DNA of 64,000 nt, taken from assembly GCA_951406725.2 (NCBI GenBank), contig OX597814.1, positions 159,340,001 to 159,404,000 of the forward strand. The letters run 5' to 3'. Positions 1 through 13,975 of the stretch are shown here, in pieces. The position numbers were made by a program, and so were the translations under genes. The DNA comes from Octopus vulgaris (lineage: Eukaryota). A model generated the notes under the pieces. The model was not told the DNA's origin. It worked only from the letters and a program-made list of their open reading frames with translations, and did not search any database. The first letter of the stretch is position 1, and every line of letters begins with the position of its first letter.

Positions 1-99
1 TCTTCAATGTTGTAAAACAACGATTTGCCAGGATAAAACATTAGAGTTAACGGCTGTCAAACTTGGTACATAAGAATATCGGACATTTCCTTCTTAATG

Positions 100-1600
100 A
101 CCTGATAGAATGATGTACCTTCTGGCTCAGAGGAGAAAGGTCAGTCGCTGGGGTCTGGTAGTAGCAATGTTAAAAATGTACTTTCGCTAAGGAGAGACCC
201 TCTGTGACAGTGAGACTCAATATTTTAAGCGAATACGAGGACTCAAAGCTGCTCATGATTAATCGTGATGTGGTGCGATGATATCTTTTTTTTTTTTTTT
301 AGTAACATTCGTGTTTTTTTGTTTAATGAGACAAAATTGGTATATCGCCGTTGGAAGATACTTTCTGTGTCTTTGTTCATGGAGTCAAATGCAGCTTTGA
401 CGTATGATGTCTAGAATGTGAATGAATGATGCATAGTTGAAGAAGGTTAAAGAGATATGAAAAGTAATGTCATCTACGTAAGAGTGGACGAGTAAGGGCG
501 TGTAAGTCGTTGATGAGTAGAAAGAAGAGAGTGAGGGACGAAACCGAGCCCCATGAAGAGAATGAGCTTCGCCAACACACCTAGTGATAGTACAATCTGA
601 CAGAAAGCTACCGACCCAGGAGATGAGAAACGAGTGAAGCCCATTGGCAGTCACTTTCAGTAAAGGATTCGCATGAAAAATGTAGTCAAAGACTTTACTG
701 ATGTTGAGGGCAACAATATATTTTTCTTCAAGCCAAGTATCTACTCCTGGATACCTCTTCGGAGATTGCACTGATAGTCATTCGAGAGTGAGAAAGAGAG
801 AGAGAGAGACTGACAGACAGATAGACAGACAGACAGATGCATAATATTGAAGGGCGTTGTTGTCAGTTGTTGCCTCTGTTATCTAGAACATATTAAAAGT
901 GAGTGTGATAGGGCGATGTGTTGCCTTATTGAGGAATGAGACACACTTTAATCTTTCTCTCTATATAGGGATCTACCTTGCAGAGAGGCAGAGATCGAAG
1001 AGTTTGGTGAGTGTAGAGGATTATTCCGGGACGCAATATTTGAGACTAATGGAAGAGACACTGTCAGGACCAGTGGTTTTGATGGTTTGAAGCAACCGAA
1101 AGTGTTTTTGTGTTTAGCACCTGAATACGGATTTTACCTACATTTTGTTTATATGTAAGTTTCATGAGTTTGTTTCCTTGATAGGTACAGTGCTTGTGTT
1201 CTGATGCCGTTGAATGATATTAGGTTGTCATAACCCCTTTAGAGAAAGTTTTTGAGGCTTTTGTTCATGAAAGTCTGGCGTAAAGTCCTTAGAATACTTC
1301 TTCGTGGTTTCTAACTGTAGGTTAAAGGAGGAAAAGTAATATAAAAGGCGCAGGGTTGTGTGCCATTGGAAGTTATGGATCGAAGGTCATTAGGAAGAAA
1401 CACCTAGAACCAGAGTAACGTGTATTCTTTTACTAACGATCAGGTGAAAGAATTTAATGGTGAGTGGAGTAGTAGGCGCTGAAGCTACTTTTGGGAAAGA
1501 TATTATAAAGAGCTTGATGGGCTTCTCTAAATGAATTAGAGAAGAGCCAGCCTCCCGTGTCGTTACTCTCTGGTTCAAGCTTTATTATTTCTGGAGATGG
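100..1600 (-). mobile_element. Highly degraded non-LTR retrotransposon (CR1/Jockey-like endonuclease-RT remnant)
   Basis: ORF 385-771(-) has RT-like segments (ALNISKVFD..., SFLSD..., HSYVDDIT, resembling the YADD motif). Flanking sequence is stop- and frameshift-ridden. Boundaries approximate. Confidence 0.6.
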
Positions 1601-2454
1601 GAAACATTTTATTAATAATAAATGGTACTACTGAAGAAAGAGTATAAGCAAGCAGCAGTGAGACGAGAATTTTTATAATCCGCTAACCACTGAGTGTTTT
1701 TGCTACCACAAATCGACTCAACTGCTTGCAAAAGTGAACTCTCTAAAGGTAATCGAGAGTCAAAAGGGGGTCTTAATCCAGACAGTGTATTAGAATTACC
1801 ACCGAGAAAAAGAGAATTGTATCTTACTGTAGATAGCAGACAGTTTTGTCCTAGACAAGCAATTTTCATTTCAAAAGTTGCCTTAAATGCAAATGCCAAG
1901 GATCATTTATCTAAAACTCTTATTAATCTAGCTGCATGTATCATATACTAACATAATTCATAATAAAATAACGAAATTAAGGAAAAACATTGACCTTAGA
2001 AAGTTCTTGAAGTTATCAGCAACAGTAATAACTTTGCTTTCATAGCATGAGTAAATTTACGTAACTGTTATACTTTTATAAAATTCTTGAATAATTTTTA
2101 ACCGTTTCTACTTAGATATTTTACTTGTTTAGTTCCAAGTCAACCTTGATCGAATATATCTATGATCAAAAGCATTCCAGTCGTGACGATCTAGTTTCTT
2201 ATAAATGCATTTCCTTTTTTAAAAAGGCAAATTTGATCTGAGGGAGTTTGACTGTTATTTCTAACAGGTCCAACGACCACATAATGCTCCCCCGCCCCGT
2301 ACTTTACAAGTTCAAACATTTGTTCATAATCAGCAGCAGTTATAAATCAGGTGCATGCTTGTCGTATGGTTAAATTCATTTCACCTCTACTTGGTTAGGG
2401 TTCGATTTTACTGCTTAGCATCTTGGACATGTGTTTTCTAGCATAATTTTAGGC

Positions 2455-2935
2455 CAAACTGGGATTTGATAAACGGGCATGGATACATTGAAATTCCGAC
2501 GTCTGGCAGCTGATTTCGCAGACACCCATAAAATTATTAACCATCTTACTAACAATAACTCTGAGCACCTTTTCAAACTCCACCTCTCTAACACCCATGG
2601 ACATGTTTACAAAGTCAGAAAACAGCAAAGCTCCCATGACTTTCGGAAGCATTTTTTCACGCTAAGAGTTGCTGAAGTATGGAACAAACTGCCGGCATCA
2701 GTTGTTAGTTGTCGGAGCACTGCATCCTTCAAAACTTCCATGCTTCCTGAAATTTACCGACACTACACCTGATTTTCTCCCCTCCATACACACGCAAGCA
2801 TGTATCTGACTCATACACTGTTCACTTTCTAGACATTTGTATATTACTGCATATGCTTTATACGCACTTTCGACAAGTTGTGCACCTGAGCATTGTATAC
2901 AATAATTTCATTATTATTATTATTTATTATTATTT
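2455..2935 (+). mobile_element. 5'-truncated CR1-type LINE 3' end
   Basis: ORF 2479-2772 HGHVYKVRK...RKHFFTLRVAEVWNKLPASVV...ASFK matches the typical CR1 ORF2 C-terminus. It is followed by a 3' UTR and an (ATT)n tail at about 2910-2935. Confidence 0.85.
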
Positions 2936-2998
2936 AATATGATACGGAAACCGTCGTTTTATACAGCCCGTAGATTGTGCCTAAGCTGGAGCACAGCC

Positions 2999-3251
2999 AA
3001 CACACACACACACATGCGTATGTATATATGTATGTACGTGTGTATGTACGTATGTATGTACGTATGTATGTGTGTATGTATGTATGTATGTATGTATGTA
3101 TGTATGTATGTACGTATGTATGTATGTGTGTATGTATGTATGTATTCGTGTATGTACGTATGTATGTACGTATGTATGTACGTATGTATGTACGTATGTA
3201 TGTACGTATGTATGTATGTGTGTGTATGTATGTATGTAAGTATGTATGTAT
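2999..3251. repeat. Compound (CA)n/(TATG)n/(TACG) microsatellite
   Basis: Seen directly in sequence. Confidence 0.95.
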
Positions 3252-4771
3252 ATTATGCGAAAAACAAAAAAATAAGCCTTTTAAAAATAAAATCCATTAC
3301 AATATTTGTTCTCTATCGAGTTACTGACTCTCCAGTGTCAACCACATCGAAAATCCAGTAGTAGATCAGTGATAGGTTCGTTGATAAAGCTGTTTTTCTC
3401 CAGTTGCGATGTAAAATAACTAAGAGGGTTTTAACATTTGATTCTTTGCAGCATTTTCTATTATGAATATCGCAAATTCTTTAAAAATTTGAGTGGGAAA
3501 AGATTACAGTCAGAGTCTTATAGCTTGGGGAAATTTTAAGAAATTAATAATAACTCTTAAAAATAGTTATTTTGTTTATTGTTCAGATACTTAAAAATAT
3601 ATATTTAGACTTACTGAAATCTTTCGGTGCTTCTAAATAATCTATTGCATTAAGCAACTCGGTCTTAATGCATGAATCATCAAAAGTGAAAGAAAGTGTA
3701 AAGTGCTGTCTGCTAACGTAAGTATCAAGTTAAAAAAAGAAACGGTGTAAATAATGCAAATAATTGTGAAAGATAAGGTTCTTTGAGAGTGGCCTGACTT
3801 TTGAAAACACAAAACAATGTAAACAGTTATATGAAGTTTTATAAAATGTATTCTTTTTATGGCTTAGTCAGAGGAGGAAGGGTAGCGCTTGAGACAGTTT
3901 TCGGAGCTTACGATACTGGTAGGAGGGAGTTATCCTCCGACAGACCTGACTCGAATAGCATGCAACTGAGTCGACACCACTAAAGATATCAAATGGCGGT
4001 GTGAAACCAGACGAAGGATTAAGCCTAAACAGGAGTTATTTAGGAATATGACTGCATGTGTGTTTATATTTCTGTATGTGATTTCTTTATCACTTGTAGG
4101 ACCAGAGTGCTGGATCACGAAGTTTTAACGATGAAACTTCGAATTATTGTATAGTTTTGTTCAGAGAGCCACCTGAGAGGTCAGTGTTTGGTATACTGTC
4201 ACTACCACTTCATTTCATCTGTGACCGAAATACTTCATGTTTAAACACACTTAACTGTAAATATGTAGTGTAGGTTGTGAGGAGCAGCGTGCTTCGCCAG
4301 CATTATAATGCTGATGAATGCTTCGGTAGCTTAGAGATTAGAGTCAAAATCCCACTGTGGATGTAGCTAGGAGAGAAATGATGCCTGTCAAGCTCATTTG
4401 CATTAGATAGATTACAAATTCTTCAGTAGAGCGTCTACGACTAAATGCTTATTATACTTATACCATTTTACTGGAAGAATCAAAGTGGGTCAGCTGTCTG
4501 ATTATCAGTTAAGGCCAATGATTTATCTCGTATCACTGGTGTTGTGAGTATCTCTGATAATAGCCCTGCAGTCTATACTATACAATAGGTATCATGAAGA
4601 GATATATTTTTTCGCAGAAAGCTGCTGCAAATTGAGTCATTGATGAACGTTTCGTTAGCTTACAATTGTAAAAATCAGTGATAGTTTGGCTCCTTATATA
4701 AGAGCATGTTTCTCCAATACTTAATGCTTTGAAAACCGATTTAAGTTACAGAATACTGACCCTCAAATATT

Positions 4772-4899
4772 CTTTTCTACTCTAGGCACAAAGCCAGAAA
4801 TGCTGGGGGTGGAGGCGAGTCGATCAGATCAACCCCAGTACACAACTGGTACATAATTTATCGACCCGAAAGGATGAAAGGCAAAAATCGACCTCGGCG
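4772..4899 (-). mobile_element. 5'-truncated octopus SINE (family A; core GTCGACTTTGCCTTTCATCCTTTCGGGGTCGATAAA)
   Basis: Reverse complement of the family core, flanked by the 17-bp TSD ACTGACCCTCAAATATT at 4755-4771 and 4900-4916. Confidence 0.9.
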
Positions 4900-5640
4900 A
4901 CTGACCCTCAAATATTGATTTTAAGTTTTACACCTCTGTTACGAGGCGTAGATTTACAGAGTCCAGTTAAAGTGAATAGACAGAGTAGTCTGGATTAGTT
5001 TTCCGTTGCTTAATAGATACGAAACCTAAGATTTTGAAAATGAGTTGTAATGGGAATTATGACGGTCGTCTTTTCCCTTAGGTTTTCCTGTAACGGAAGT
5101 GAAGTGAAATCGCTTATCAAAACTATCAAAATAGATTCGCCAACACTGATGATACAAATAGACTAATATATGAAAACAAGATGTGTAGAAGAAACGGGTT
5201 CAAGTTCTCTGCCTATGTGAGAAATCCTGTTCCCGTCAGCTATATGGAGTCAGATGATTTCCGAAAAAAAAAACTGCAAACTATCTGCAGCAGGTTTGAA
5301 ATCAAAACCTATGGATTTGTTGTGCAATACTTTACTCATTTGGTCAACTGCTTAAGATGGTTGCATATCCTACGGCAAAAGTAGAGGGGTATCAACGGTG
5401 AATTGAGAAGTGCATTAGAACCTATAGGGGGCGGATCTGTGCTGCGAAAAATTTTGAATTTGATTTTATAGATTCATATAGATAAGCAATTCATATTAAA
5501 TTTCAGTTTTCGTTCCAAGGTTTAAACTTTTTTCTCTTTTTATCTACATTTTGAGAGACTTCGTCAGCAGGCGAATCCAAATTTCAATGTAGGTGAAATA
5601 TCGCCACTCTCTACCTTAATACTCTCACAAATATAGTGGA

Positions 5641-5781
<141 letters not shown>

Positions 5782-6679
5782 TGCCCTTCGCTATAATTAT
5801 TTTGCTGTATAGAAGTTCATATGGACAATAACACTAGTATAATTTAGGAGCTAATAATATAATTGTGTAAGGGAATACTTTTGGATAGTTAAAGAATAAA
5901 AATTTGCCTACAATATGAAACGTGCGCACACATACTTTATCTATCCATCCATCTATCTATCTGTCTATCTAACTGTCTATCTATCTATACATACATATAT
6001 ACATACATACAGTAATTTATTCAAGTTTTTATTCAACAAATATATTGTCCATAATTATTCTTTCACATTAGCTATTACATGTGTGTGTGTGTGTGTGTGT
6101 ATGTGTGTGTGTGTGCACGCGCGTGCGCGCCGATGCTTGTACAGTATTCTTTCATTCCTAGTTGCTATCACATTCCGTTGTAACAAACAACCTTTGTTAA
6201 TCTAAAAATAGCAATTACAGTGTTTCGACTTATTTCTTGGACAGATAAGATTTATATTCTCCAATTTTTTAAACTTTTTATTCAAGTGGGTTTTTTATAT
6301 TTATTTATTTATTTCCAGAATGATAAGATTTTGTAAGATATATATACCTATTTAGAATGGAATATTGGACTATTGCTGTTTATATTAAGTGAATGTCAAG
6401 GTGGCGACATGATTTATGACGTCAAAGCTATCAGTGTGTGCTTAAGTTCAACGTGTGATTCACACGCTAGGTACGACCTGTCTCGACTTCATTTTGGCGG
6501 TAGTGCTGTTTAGCCCTAAGTCGACTCTGCTCGAGCAGACCATTTAATCATAGGCGTTCCAGAGTAGAACATCTCGTTTTGTTATATATTTAGAATTATA
6601 TTACCCAATGTGTATTTCCTCTTTTAAGATGTCATGGCGTGGTTTGACTAAAACTTGGTAACTGTTATTATCAGACCAA

Positions 6680-7040
6680 CACACCGGACGAAATACTTGG
6701 CAGCATTTCGTCCCGAGTTGAGATTCCACTGAGATCGACTTTACCTTTCACCCTTTCGGCGTCGATGAAATAAACAACATTTCAGCACTGGGGCCGATGT
6801 GATCGACTAGCCCCTTCCCCCAAGATTCCAGGTCTTTTACCAACTGTAGAAAGTTTTAATAGCAGATCAAGGGCAGTAGATTGGCGGCATCATTAGAACG
6901 CCGGACAGAATACCTTGCAATATTTAATGACAACTCTTTACGTTCAGAGTTCAAATCCTGTTGAGATTGACTCTTGCCTTTCATCTTTCTGGAGGTCGAT
7001 AAAATAAGTACCAGTCAAGCCCTGGGATCAGTATAATTGA
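6680..7040 (+). mobile_element. Two diverged SINE family A copies
   Basis: GAGTT(C/G)A(A/G)AT...CCTTTCA...GTCGAT..AAATAA core occurs twice. Confidence 0.75.
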
Positions 7041-7350
7041 CTAAAGGGAGCGGTGAATTTTGGGAACATGGTTCGCTTTATGTGTATTGTTTTTCGTAAG
7101 GTGGGGGTACTCAAGGACCATCTTGAGTAGCGCAAGCTCAAGCTACGCCACTGCTCTCGCCTCAGAAGAAAGAAAAAAGAAATTGAGTTTTTTCACTCGT
7201 GGAAGAAATCATCATTAGCTGATCAAGCGACTGTGTAGATGCAGAGGTGATGAAATTTCACCTGCATTTTAATATGAAATCAATCGCTGATGCAGTTTCT
7301 AAAACTTTCACTCACACACACACGCTCAAACACACACACAAAAAAAAATT

Positions 7351-7772
7351 ATACCTATTTCTTTACAACCCACAAGGGGCTAAACACAGAGAGGACAAAC
7401 AAGGACAGACAAACGGATTAAGTCGATTATATCGACCTCAGTGCGTAACTGGTACATAATTTATCGACCCTGAAAGGATGAAAGGCAAAGTCAACCTCAG
7501 CAGAATTTGAACTCAGAACGTAACGGCAGACGAAATACCTATTTCTTTACTACCCACAATGGGCTAAACACAGAGAGGACAAACAAATATAGACAAACGG
7601 ATTAAGTCGATTATATCGACTCCAGTGCGTAACTGGTAATTATTTAATCGACCCCGAAAGGATGAAAAGCAAAGTTGACCTCGGCGGAATTTGAACTCAG
7701 AACGTAACGGCAGACGAAATACGGCTACGCATTTCGCCCGGCGTGCTAACGTTTCTGCCAGCTCGCCGCCTT
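7351..7772 (-). mobile_element. Young SINE family A copy with internal tandem duplication
   Basis: The head GGCGGCGAGCTGGCAGAAACGTTAGCACGCCGGGCG reads on the minus strand from about 7770. A body of about 185 bp is present twice (7351-7533 and 7535-7720). Confidence 0.9.
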
Positions 7773-8595
7773 CAAATAATTTATACCTTAACATGAAAAA
7801 CCAAAACAATACATTTAATAACATATGATTTAAAGTTACATTTTCTCCCTCCTTAGCACAGATGCACCGCAAAGGTTCTTAAACACTTGCCATTCGTCCT
7901 TGACACTAAAAATATTCTCTACCTAAAGGTTGGGAACTACTTTAGAATCTAGAGACTCCCTCATTGGTTTGCTATTGTTAGGTACAAAAGATTGCTCACG
8001 GCAACGGATCGAGCTGTAACACAATTAAATTAACACCTAACAGCTGTGTCTGTTGTCTCATCTGTAGCAATCACAGAAAACTAGAAGATATTTCTACCAC
8101 TCTGAAAACTTTGAACTAAAATATCGCATTATCTTCATTTGTTTTTGAGATGGTAAGGCGTAGTTGAAGAACAATGAGGCTGTAATTCTTAGCTGATCGA
8201 GCAACGACGTAGAAATTGCCTCGTTGGTTCGTATATATCTCATGAAAGCAAAATGTAAATGCGGAAGGATTTCATATACATAATATTTAGAAAAACTTCG
8301 CTTAATTGGAATTATCAAAACAACTGGGAATTCAAAAATTCACTACAGGCAGTTGATCTGTTCTTTGAAATCAGTTGTGTAACACGTTAATGGTTAATGT
8401 TAAGATCTGAACGAACTAGATCTACGACCCAGTTTTGCTTAGTTTCAAACTATTTTACATTCTTCGCTAATGTCTTTGAAAAAATCATGAACTGCCACTT
8501 ACACCGTTTCTACACGTGCTAAATCATTTTGGGCACGATACGTACTTAGAGCAGGCAAGGTGAAACCGCTTCAGTATCGAGAGATGGAGGGAGAA

Positions 8596-8654
<59 letters not shown>

Positions 8655-9386
8655 ATGCTTGTATTGCCGCAGTGTAAGCAGCGAGTGGAGATGAACTTGC
8701 CAAATAAATAAGGTATTGCACAATAATTTCATAGGTTTTTATTTCAAATCTGCTGCAGGTATTTCGTTGTGTGTGTGTGTTTTGTTGTTTTTCCTGAGAA
8801 TATATTTCCGTCTGAAACAGTATAATGGTTAAAAGGTACGAACAGAAGCAGATATGTTTTTTTAAGAGAGCATTTACTAATATACCGTTACTTTTATATT
8901 TTCGGTATGGAATTAGATGTTTGAAATAAGATAATAGCTTAAAGACTTAAAATTCTTTTCTATGATTAACTGCAATTGCTTTTTGTTATTTATAACATTT
9001 AAATTTTTGATCAATGATGCAATTTTTAAAGGCAGTTGCTATCATATCATTCAGTTATTTTTCACAATTATCTAAATTAGTCCTAACAATTGTTAAACTG
9101 AATTTTGTAAGGCATAAATTTTGGTCTTGAGTGAAACAAGAAATCTTACAATGCAAGTTTGATTTTTTTAGTACAGTCAACCCCTGCATTACGGTCCCTC
9201 AGGTTACGGACACCACGCTTACGGAAATGATAAACTATGGCCCCTATTTTCGAGATACAGTCTGTAATTTTGTTCTTATGGAAATTCGGATCAGTTTTAA
9301 GAATATAAGTACTACACCTTAACTAAAAGGCCGCTTCTGTGTTTTAGCTAAGCTCAAAGTAGTAAAAATAATGAAAATTATACTGG

Positions 9387-9613
9387 TATAGCTTTATTTA
9401 AGCTACACACAAAAAATTAATGAGACCCAGAATGTGTTAGTGAAATATTTATTTAGTTGAACTCATGAAGGTGATAGCTGCCAGTCATCTCCTGCTTCGT
9501 AGAAGCCTGCTTAATCGGAAGTCAACTTCGCTGCAGACCAGCTCCATAGCTAGCCCGCAGCGAAATTCCTGTCTATAGTTCGTCTGTCATAAATCCTTGG
9601 GCAGTGCCCAACA
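9387..9613 (-). repeat. 3' LTR of the Gypsy element
   Basis: Aligns with 13224-13464 (GAGACCCAGAAT.TGTTAGTGAA, GAAGTCAACTTCGCTGCA, AGTTCGTCTGTCATAAATCC). Confidence 0.9.
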
Positions 9614-9811
9614 TATAGCTCCCACCTAGAACTGTTGACTGTCACTGGAACCGGGAAGGCGTTTTAACTGCCCTTCCTGTGCGTGTGGTTACTCGGCTTT
9701 TTGGGGTGACTGTTCCTAACCAAGGGTTGGTGTGATTTACCAGGGACGTCCTCTGCTTGGTGGTTGAGTCGTGTATCACGTCGAACGGAAACGAAGTTAG
9801 CCGAGCGGAGG

Positions 9812-12547
9812 TCATTTGGTACCATGTGTTGACATGGGAATAGAGCGCAACTGGCTTACACTGTCTCTCAGTTGCGCGAGGTACCTTTTAACATCTGGCT
9901 CTGACTTCGTGTTCAGAAGGAACTCTCCTGACACTGTAAGAGATGCACCATACACCATTTCCGCAGAAGTGTTGAGATTTTGCTTTGGGGCGGTGCGGAT
10001 TCTCATTGTCACCCATGGAAGTTGATCAATCCATTTAGGCCGGTTAAGTCTGGTTGTCAGGGATTTCTTCAGGCAAGAGTGAAATAACTCCACTAACCCG
10101 TTGGCCTGTGGATGGTAGGCAGTTGTACGCTTCATTGTGATTCCAAAAAGGTCACACATATTCCACAGCTTTGAGGTAAATTGTGGACCCCGATCGGAGG
10201 AGATGCTGTCTCGGACACCGAGACGAGCAACCCAGTTTGTGATGAAGGTTCGGCTGACTTCTTATGTTTATGTTCTGCGGAGAAGTATAACCTCAGGCTA
10301 ACGAGTGTAGCGGTCTACCAAGGTCAGTAGATACGAACAACTCTGTAAAGGTGGTAGCGGGGCGACAAGTTCAATGTTGATGTGGCTGTTCATAGTTGCT
10401 GAGGAGTGCTTTGGTGAACTGATAGACCTTGGTTTGTTGACAGGGGGTGTAGGTCTTCGTCCACTCCCCAATTTGCTTGGCCATACTGTTCCATATAAAT
10501 TAGCTTGACAGCAGGCCCTGTGTGGCTCTAGTACTCGGGTGGGACAGTCCGTAAATGATGTAGAAAACCTTCCTGCGCCAGGCTAATGGGATGATCGGTT
10601 GTGACTTCCCAATGGATACATTACACAGTAGGGTTGTGCCATTGGAGCCAAAGTGCACATCCTGCAAAGAAAGTGACGTGATGGCAGTGTGGTAGGCCCT
10701 GATTTCGTCGTCTGTCTATTGAGGTGCAGCCATAGCCTCGTAATCCAATTTTTCCGTTTTGGGGGCTAGGTAGGTGTGAGAGCAGGTAGGGGCACGAGAT
10801 AGTGTTGGACGTCTGTGGTGTACCCAGAAATAGCCGATAGCTGTCGTTGCTGGCGTGCGGACCAACGCTCCGAGATCTTGCTCATAGCAAAAGTGAGTGA
10901 TTTGTGGTCTATGAACACTGTAAACGTGCAGCCTTCAAGAAAAGAGCGAAAGTGGCGGATACCTAAATGGACAGCCAACAGTTTCCTGTCAAAGGCACTG
11001 TATTTCTGTTCAGGAGGTCATAGTTGTCGACTGAAGAAGGCAAGTGGCCGCCACTGACCATTGATGCGTTGTGTCGGAAGCATCGACTGTGAGTGCAGTC
11101 AAGCTGATATATGAGGATGAGACAGTATGGTTGCTTTAGCCAGGGCTTGTTTTGCGGATTTGAAGGCTGAGGTCATTGCACCATCCCACTCCAACTGTCT
11201 TTTTGAACCATCTTTTGACAGTGCCTTGTATTGTGGTTTCATCACTCTTACTGCAAAAAATATGAAGAGAAAGTAAAAGTTTACCATGCCCAGAAATTAG
11301 TGTAGAGACTTGCTCGTGGTGAGGCGTGGAAAGGATAAGATAGCTTTCACTTATTTTGATAGAGGTGTGGCACCAGCACCTATGATTCGATGTCCCACGA
11401 AGTCCTATGAAGTCGATTTCTGTCGCACCAAAAACATACTTGGTGGAGTTGATTATTAGACCATACTGTACCAATCTATAAGAAAGGTGCTTTTTGTGTA
11501 GCTCTGCATTTTGGCTTGCGATAAGAATATCGTCTAAATATGCAAAGACAAAATCAAGACCCCTGCACACGGTGTCCATCAAGCGTTGGAAGGATCGTAT
11601 TGCGTTTTTCAGTCCAAAGGTTGTATGTATGAATTCATACAGCCCGAAAGGAGTGATCAAAGCAGTTTTAGGTACATCGTTGTCTTGTACTGGTATTTTG
11701 TGATAACCTCGGATGAGGTCGACCTTCGAGAAAACCGAGCACCCGGCTAGCTGGGCTGAGCAGTCCTGTATGTTCGAAATGGGGTAACGGTCGAGTGTCG
11801 TGTCTGCGTTGAGACAGCAGTCATCTCCGCGAGGTCAAAACCTCCTTTGGGTTTTGGTACCACATGCAGGGGCGACGACCAGCGATTGCTTGATCGGCAA
11901 ACTATGCCAAACGCCTCCATATTGTCAAATTCAGCCATTACGATAGCAAGTTTGTCTGGTGATAGACAAAGTGCGCAGCTGTGAACTGGAGTGGGGGTGA
12001 TGTGGTATGTCACTCCGTGGCAGGTTGTAGGTTTGGAGAATGTCGGGGTAATGAGATTGGAGCGACACACAAGGAGATTCGAGAATTCGTTCTCGGTTTG
12101 AGAGACGTTTGCTATGCGGGGAGCGACATGTGCAGATGTTGCCAGAAACACGGGAGCGTATGTGTTGCTGTTGATGAGTCGTCTCCCTTACAAATCAACC
12201 TGTAGCAAGTATGCTCGAAGAAAGTCTTCCTCGGTAATGGGCTGATGGACATCGGCGATGGTGAATGCCCATGTTCAGAGAAAGGATGCGGCGATATTGA
12301 GAGAGAGGATGCGGCGACCGTACGCCTCGATTGTGTAGCCGTTGGCGGCCGTTAGAGATTGGCCCCGTATTCCGTAATGGAGGTCCTTCGCCGACGCTGG
12401 GATCACGCTAACTTCTACTCCTTTGTCGATTAGGAACCTACGTCCGGAGATCCGATTGTGGATATACAGGAACAGTTGATCGTGTTTGTCGGCCATCAAG
12501 GTATTTAATGGCAGCCAGCCCAGGAGTTTCCCGGGGCCGACGGCCAA
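9812..12547 (-). pseudogene. Gypsy pol pseudogene (protease, RT, RNase H, integrase)
   Basis: Protease FLIDKGVEVSVIP; RT WSSPLHVVPK, TPFGLYEF, YLDDILIAS; RNase H FLEGCTFTVFIDHKSL; integrase TTAYHPQANGLVE. Confidence 0.92.
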
Positions 12548-12559
12548 AGGGTCCTGAAG

Positions 12560-13154
12560 CTACATAGTTGTTTGCACTTCGTAGCTTTTTTTCCCGAGCT
12601 TTGTGTGGTAGAAGCACAGGTCGTCTTGCTTAACTCTACCATGTCTCGGGGCCGACCCTATGGCGTTAACCATAACACCACTGTATAAAAAATGTTTGTC
12701 AGCTGATTTCGCTAACTGCTGCAGGTACTTGATCTTAGTCTGAGTTACGAGGACCTGGACCTGGGGTGGTAACTTGCAGAAGAATATGTCCCTAAACAAA
12801 AAAAAAAAAGGTGATTCACCAGGGGAACAAATTCCAACATCTTGTCTATCAACTCTGAATGCTTGGAATCGCCTAATTCTTTCTCCATTTCCGCTTCTCG
12901 GCCGTTCCGCCGGAATGTATCCCCCAGCCTGTCTTTTAACGTGATGTATTTGTGCGTCGCTGGGGTTGGGTTAAAATGTCCAGCACCCTCGTTGCCGTGT
13001 CCTCATCTAGTGTCGCTACTACATACGAATATTTCGTTAGGTTTGAAGTTGTTTTGCGTATGTTGAATTGCGCTTCCACCTGTGCGAACCATAGCTCAGA
13101 TCTCTTCAGCCAGAATTGTGGTAGCTTCAGGGCTGTTGTGTGATTACTTGCCAT
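12560..13154 (-). pseudogene. Gypsy gag pseudogene
   Basis: N-terminus ALKLPQFW...WFAQVEAQF and the CFYH start of a CHCC-type knuckle are typical of CsRn1-like Gag. Frameshifted. Confidence 0.85.
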
Positions 13155-13223
13155 GTTTCTTTGATTTTCTGTTTACTTCTATGTGCGAAGTGGAAACTGT
13201 TGTTCTTCTGTGGGGTCACCAGT

Positions 13224-13464
13224 TATAGCTTTAGTTAAGCTATTATACACAAGTATATATGCACAAAAAAATTAACGGAGACCCAGAATATGTTAGTGAA
13301 AGATTTATTTAGTTGAACACATGAGGACGACAGCCGCCAGTCAATTGCTTCGTAGATGTCCGCTTAACCAGAAGTCAACTTCGCTGCAAGAGCTCCCTAG
13401 CTAGCCCGCAGCGAAGTTCCTACCTACAGTTCGTCTGTCATAAATCCGTGGACAGTGCACTACA
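13224..13464 (-). repeat. 5' LTR of the Gypsy element
   Basis: Begins TGTAG on the minus strand at 13464 and is followed by the PBS at about 13212-13221. Confidence 0.9.
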
Positions 13465-13519
13465 CTTGCATACACACATGCGCGTGTGCGTGTAGTTAGT
13501 CCACATTATTCCATAAACA

Positions 13520-13740
13520 GTATAGGGCCGGTTCCCCTGACGTATATATTCTGCCCTAGAGGGAACGCCAGTTCGTCACAGAATTACTTATCTTTACCAG
13601 CTGAGTGGACTGGAGCAACGTTAAATGAAGTGTTTTGTTCAAAAACACAACGCATCACCCAGTCCAGGAACCGAAACCACAATCTTATGATCATGACTCC
13701 AACATTCCTAACCACTAAACTATGTGCCCCCCACACCATA
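13520..13740 (-). mobile_element. Diverged tRNA-derived SINE (family C)
   Basis: Homologous to the copies at 21018-21268 and 28182-28488. Confidence 0.7.
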
Positions 13741-13864
13741 TATGTGTGTGTGTGTGTGTGTGTGTATGCGTCACTATAAACAATTACGGAGTGGGATGTG
13801 GAATTTTCTATTTTGAACTTTCATGCGTATTCGTGTAATATTCTCTTTAGTCACTCTTTCTTTT

Positions 13865-13884
13865 TCTCTCTCTCTCTCTCTCTC

Positions 13885-13974
<90 letters not shown>

Positions 13975-13975
13975 T
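13865..13975. repeat. (CT)n/(GATA)n microsatellite
   Basis: Seen directly in sequence. Confidence 0.95.

Larger units (their letters stand above)
9387..13464 (-). mobile_element. Full-length but decayed Ty3/Gypsy LTR retrotransposon (CsRn1-like clade)
   Basis: Two homologous LTRs, PBS TGGTGACCCC adjoining the 5' LTR, a degenerate PPT before the 3' LTR, and domain order gag-PR-RT-RH-IN. Near-TSD CTGG/CTTG. Many stops and frameshifts. Confidence 0.95.

Noticed and set aside
1612-1951. Overlapping 95-aa and 85-aa ORFs
   Set aside because: No recognisable motif or splice context. They adjoin the decayed LINE and are probably part of it.
2939-3361. MYVC/YLSI/HTHT/IYIY-type ORFs here and throughout the window
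   Set aside because: Artefacts of microsatellite translation.
7351-7772. Regularly repeated units suggesting a CRISPR-like array
   Set aside because: This is a tandemly duplicated SINE body in eukaryotic DNA, with no spacer structure and no cas genes.
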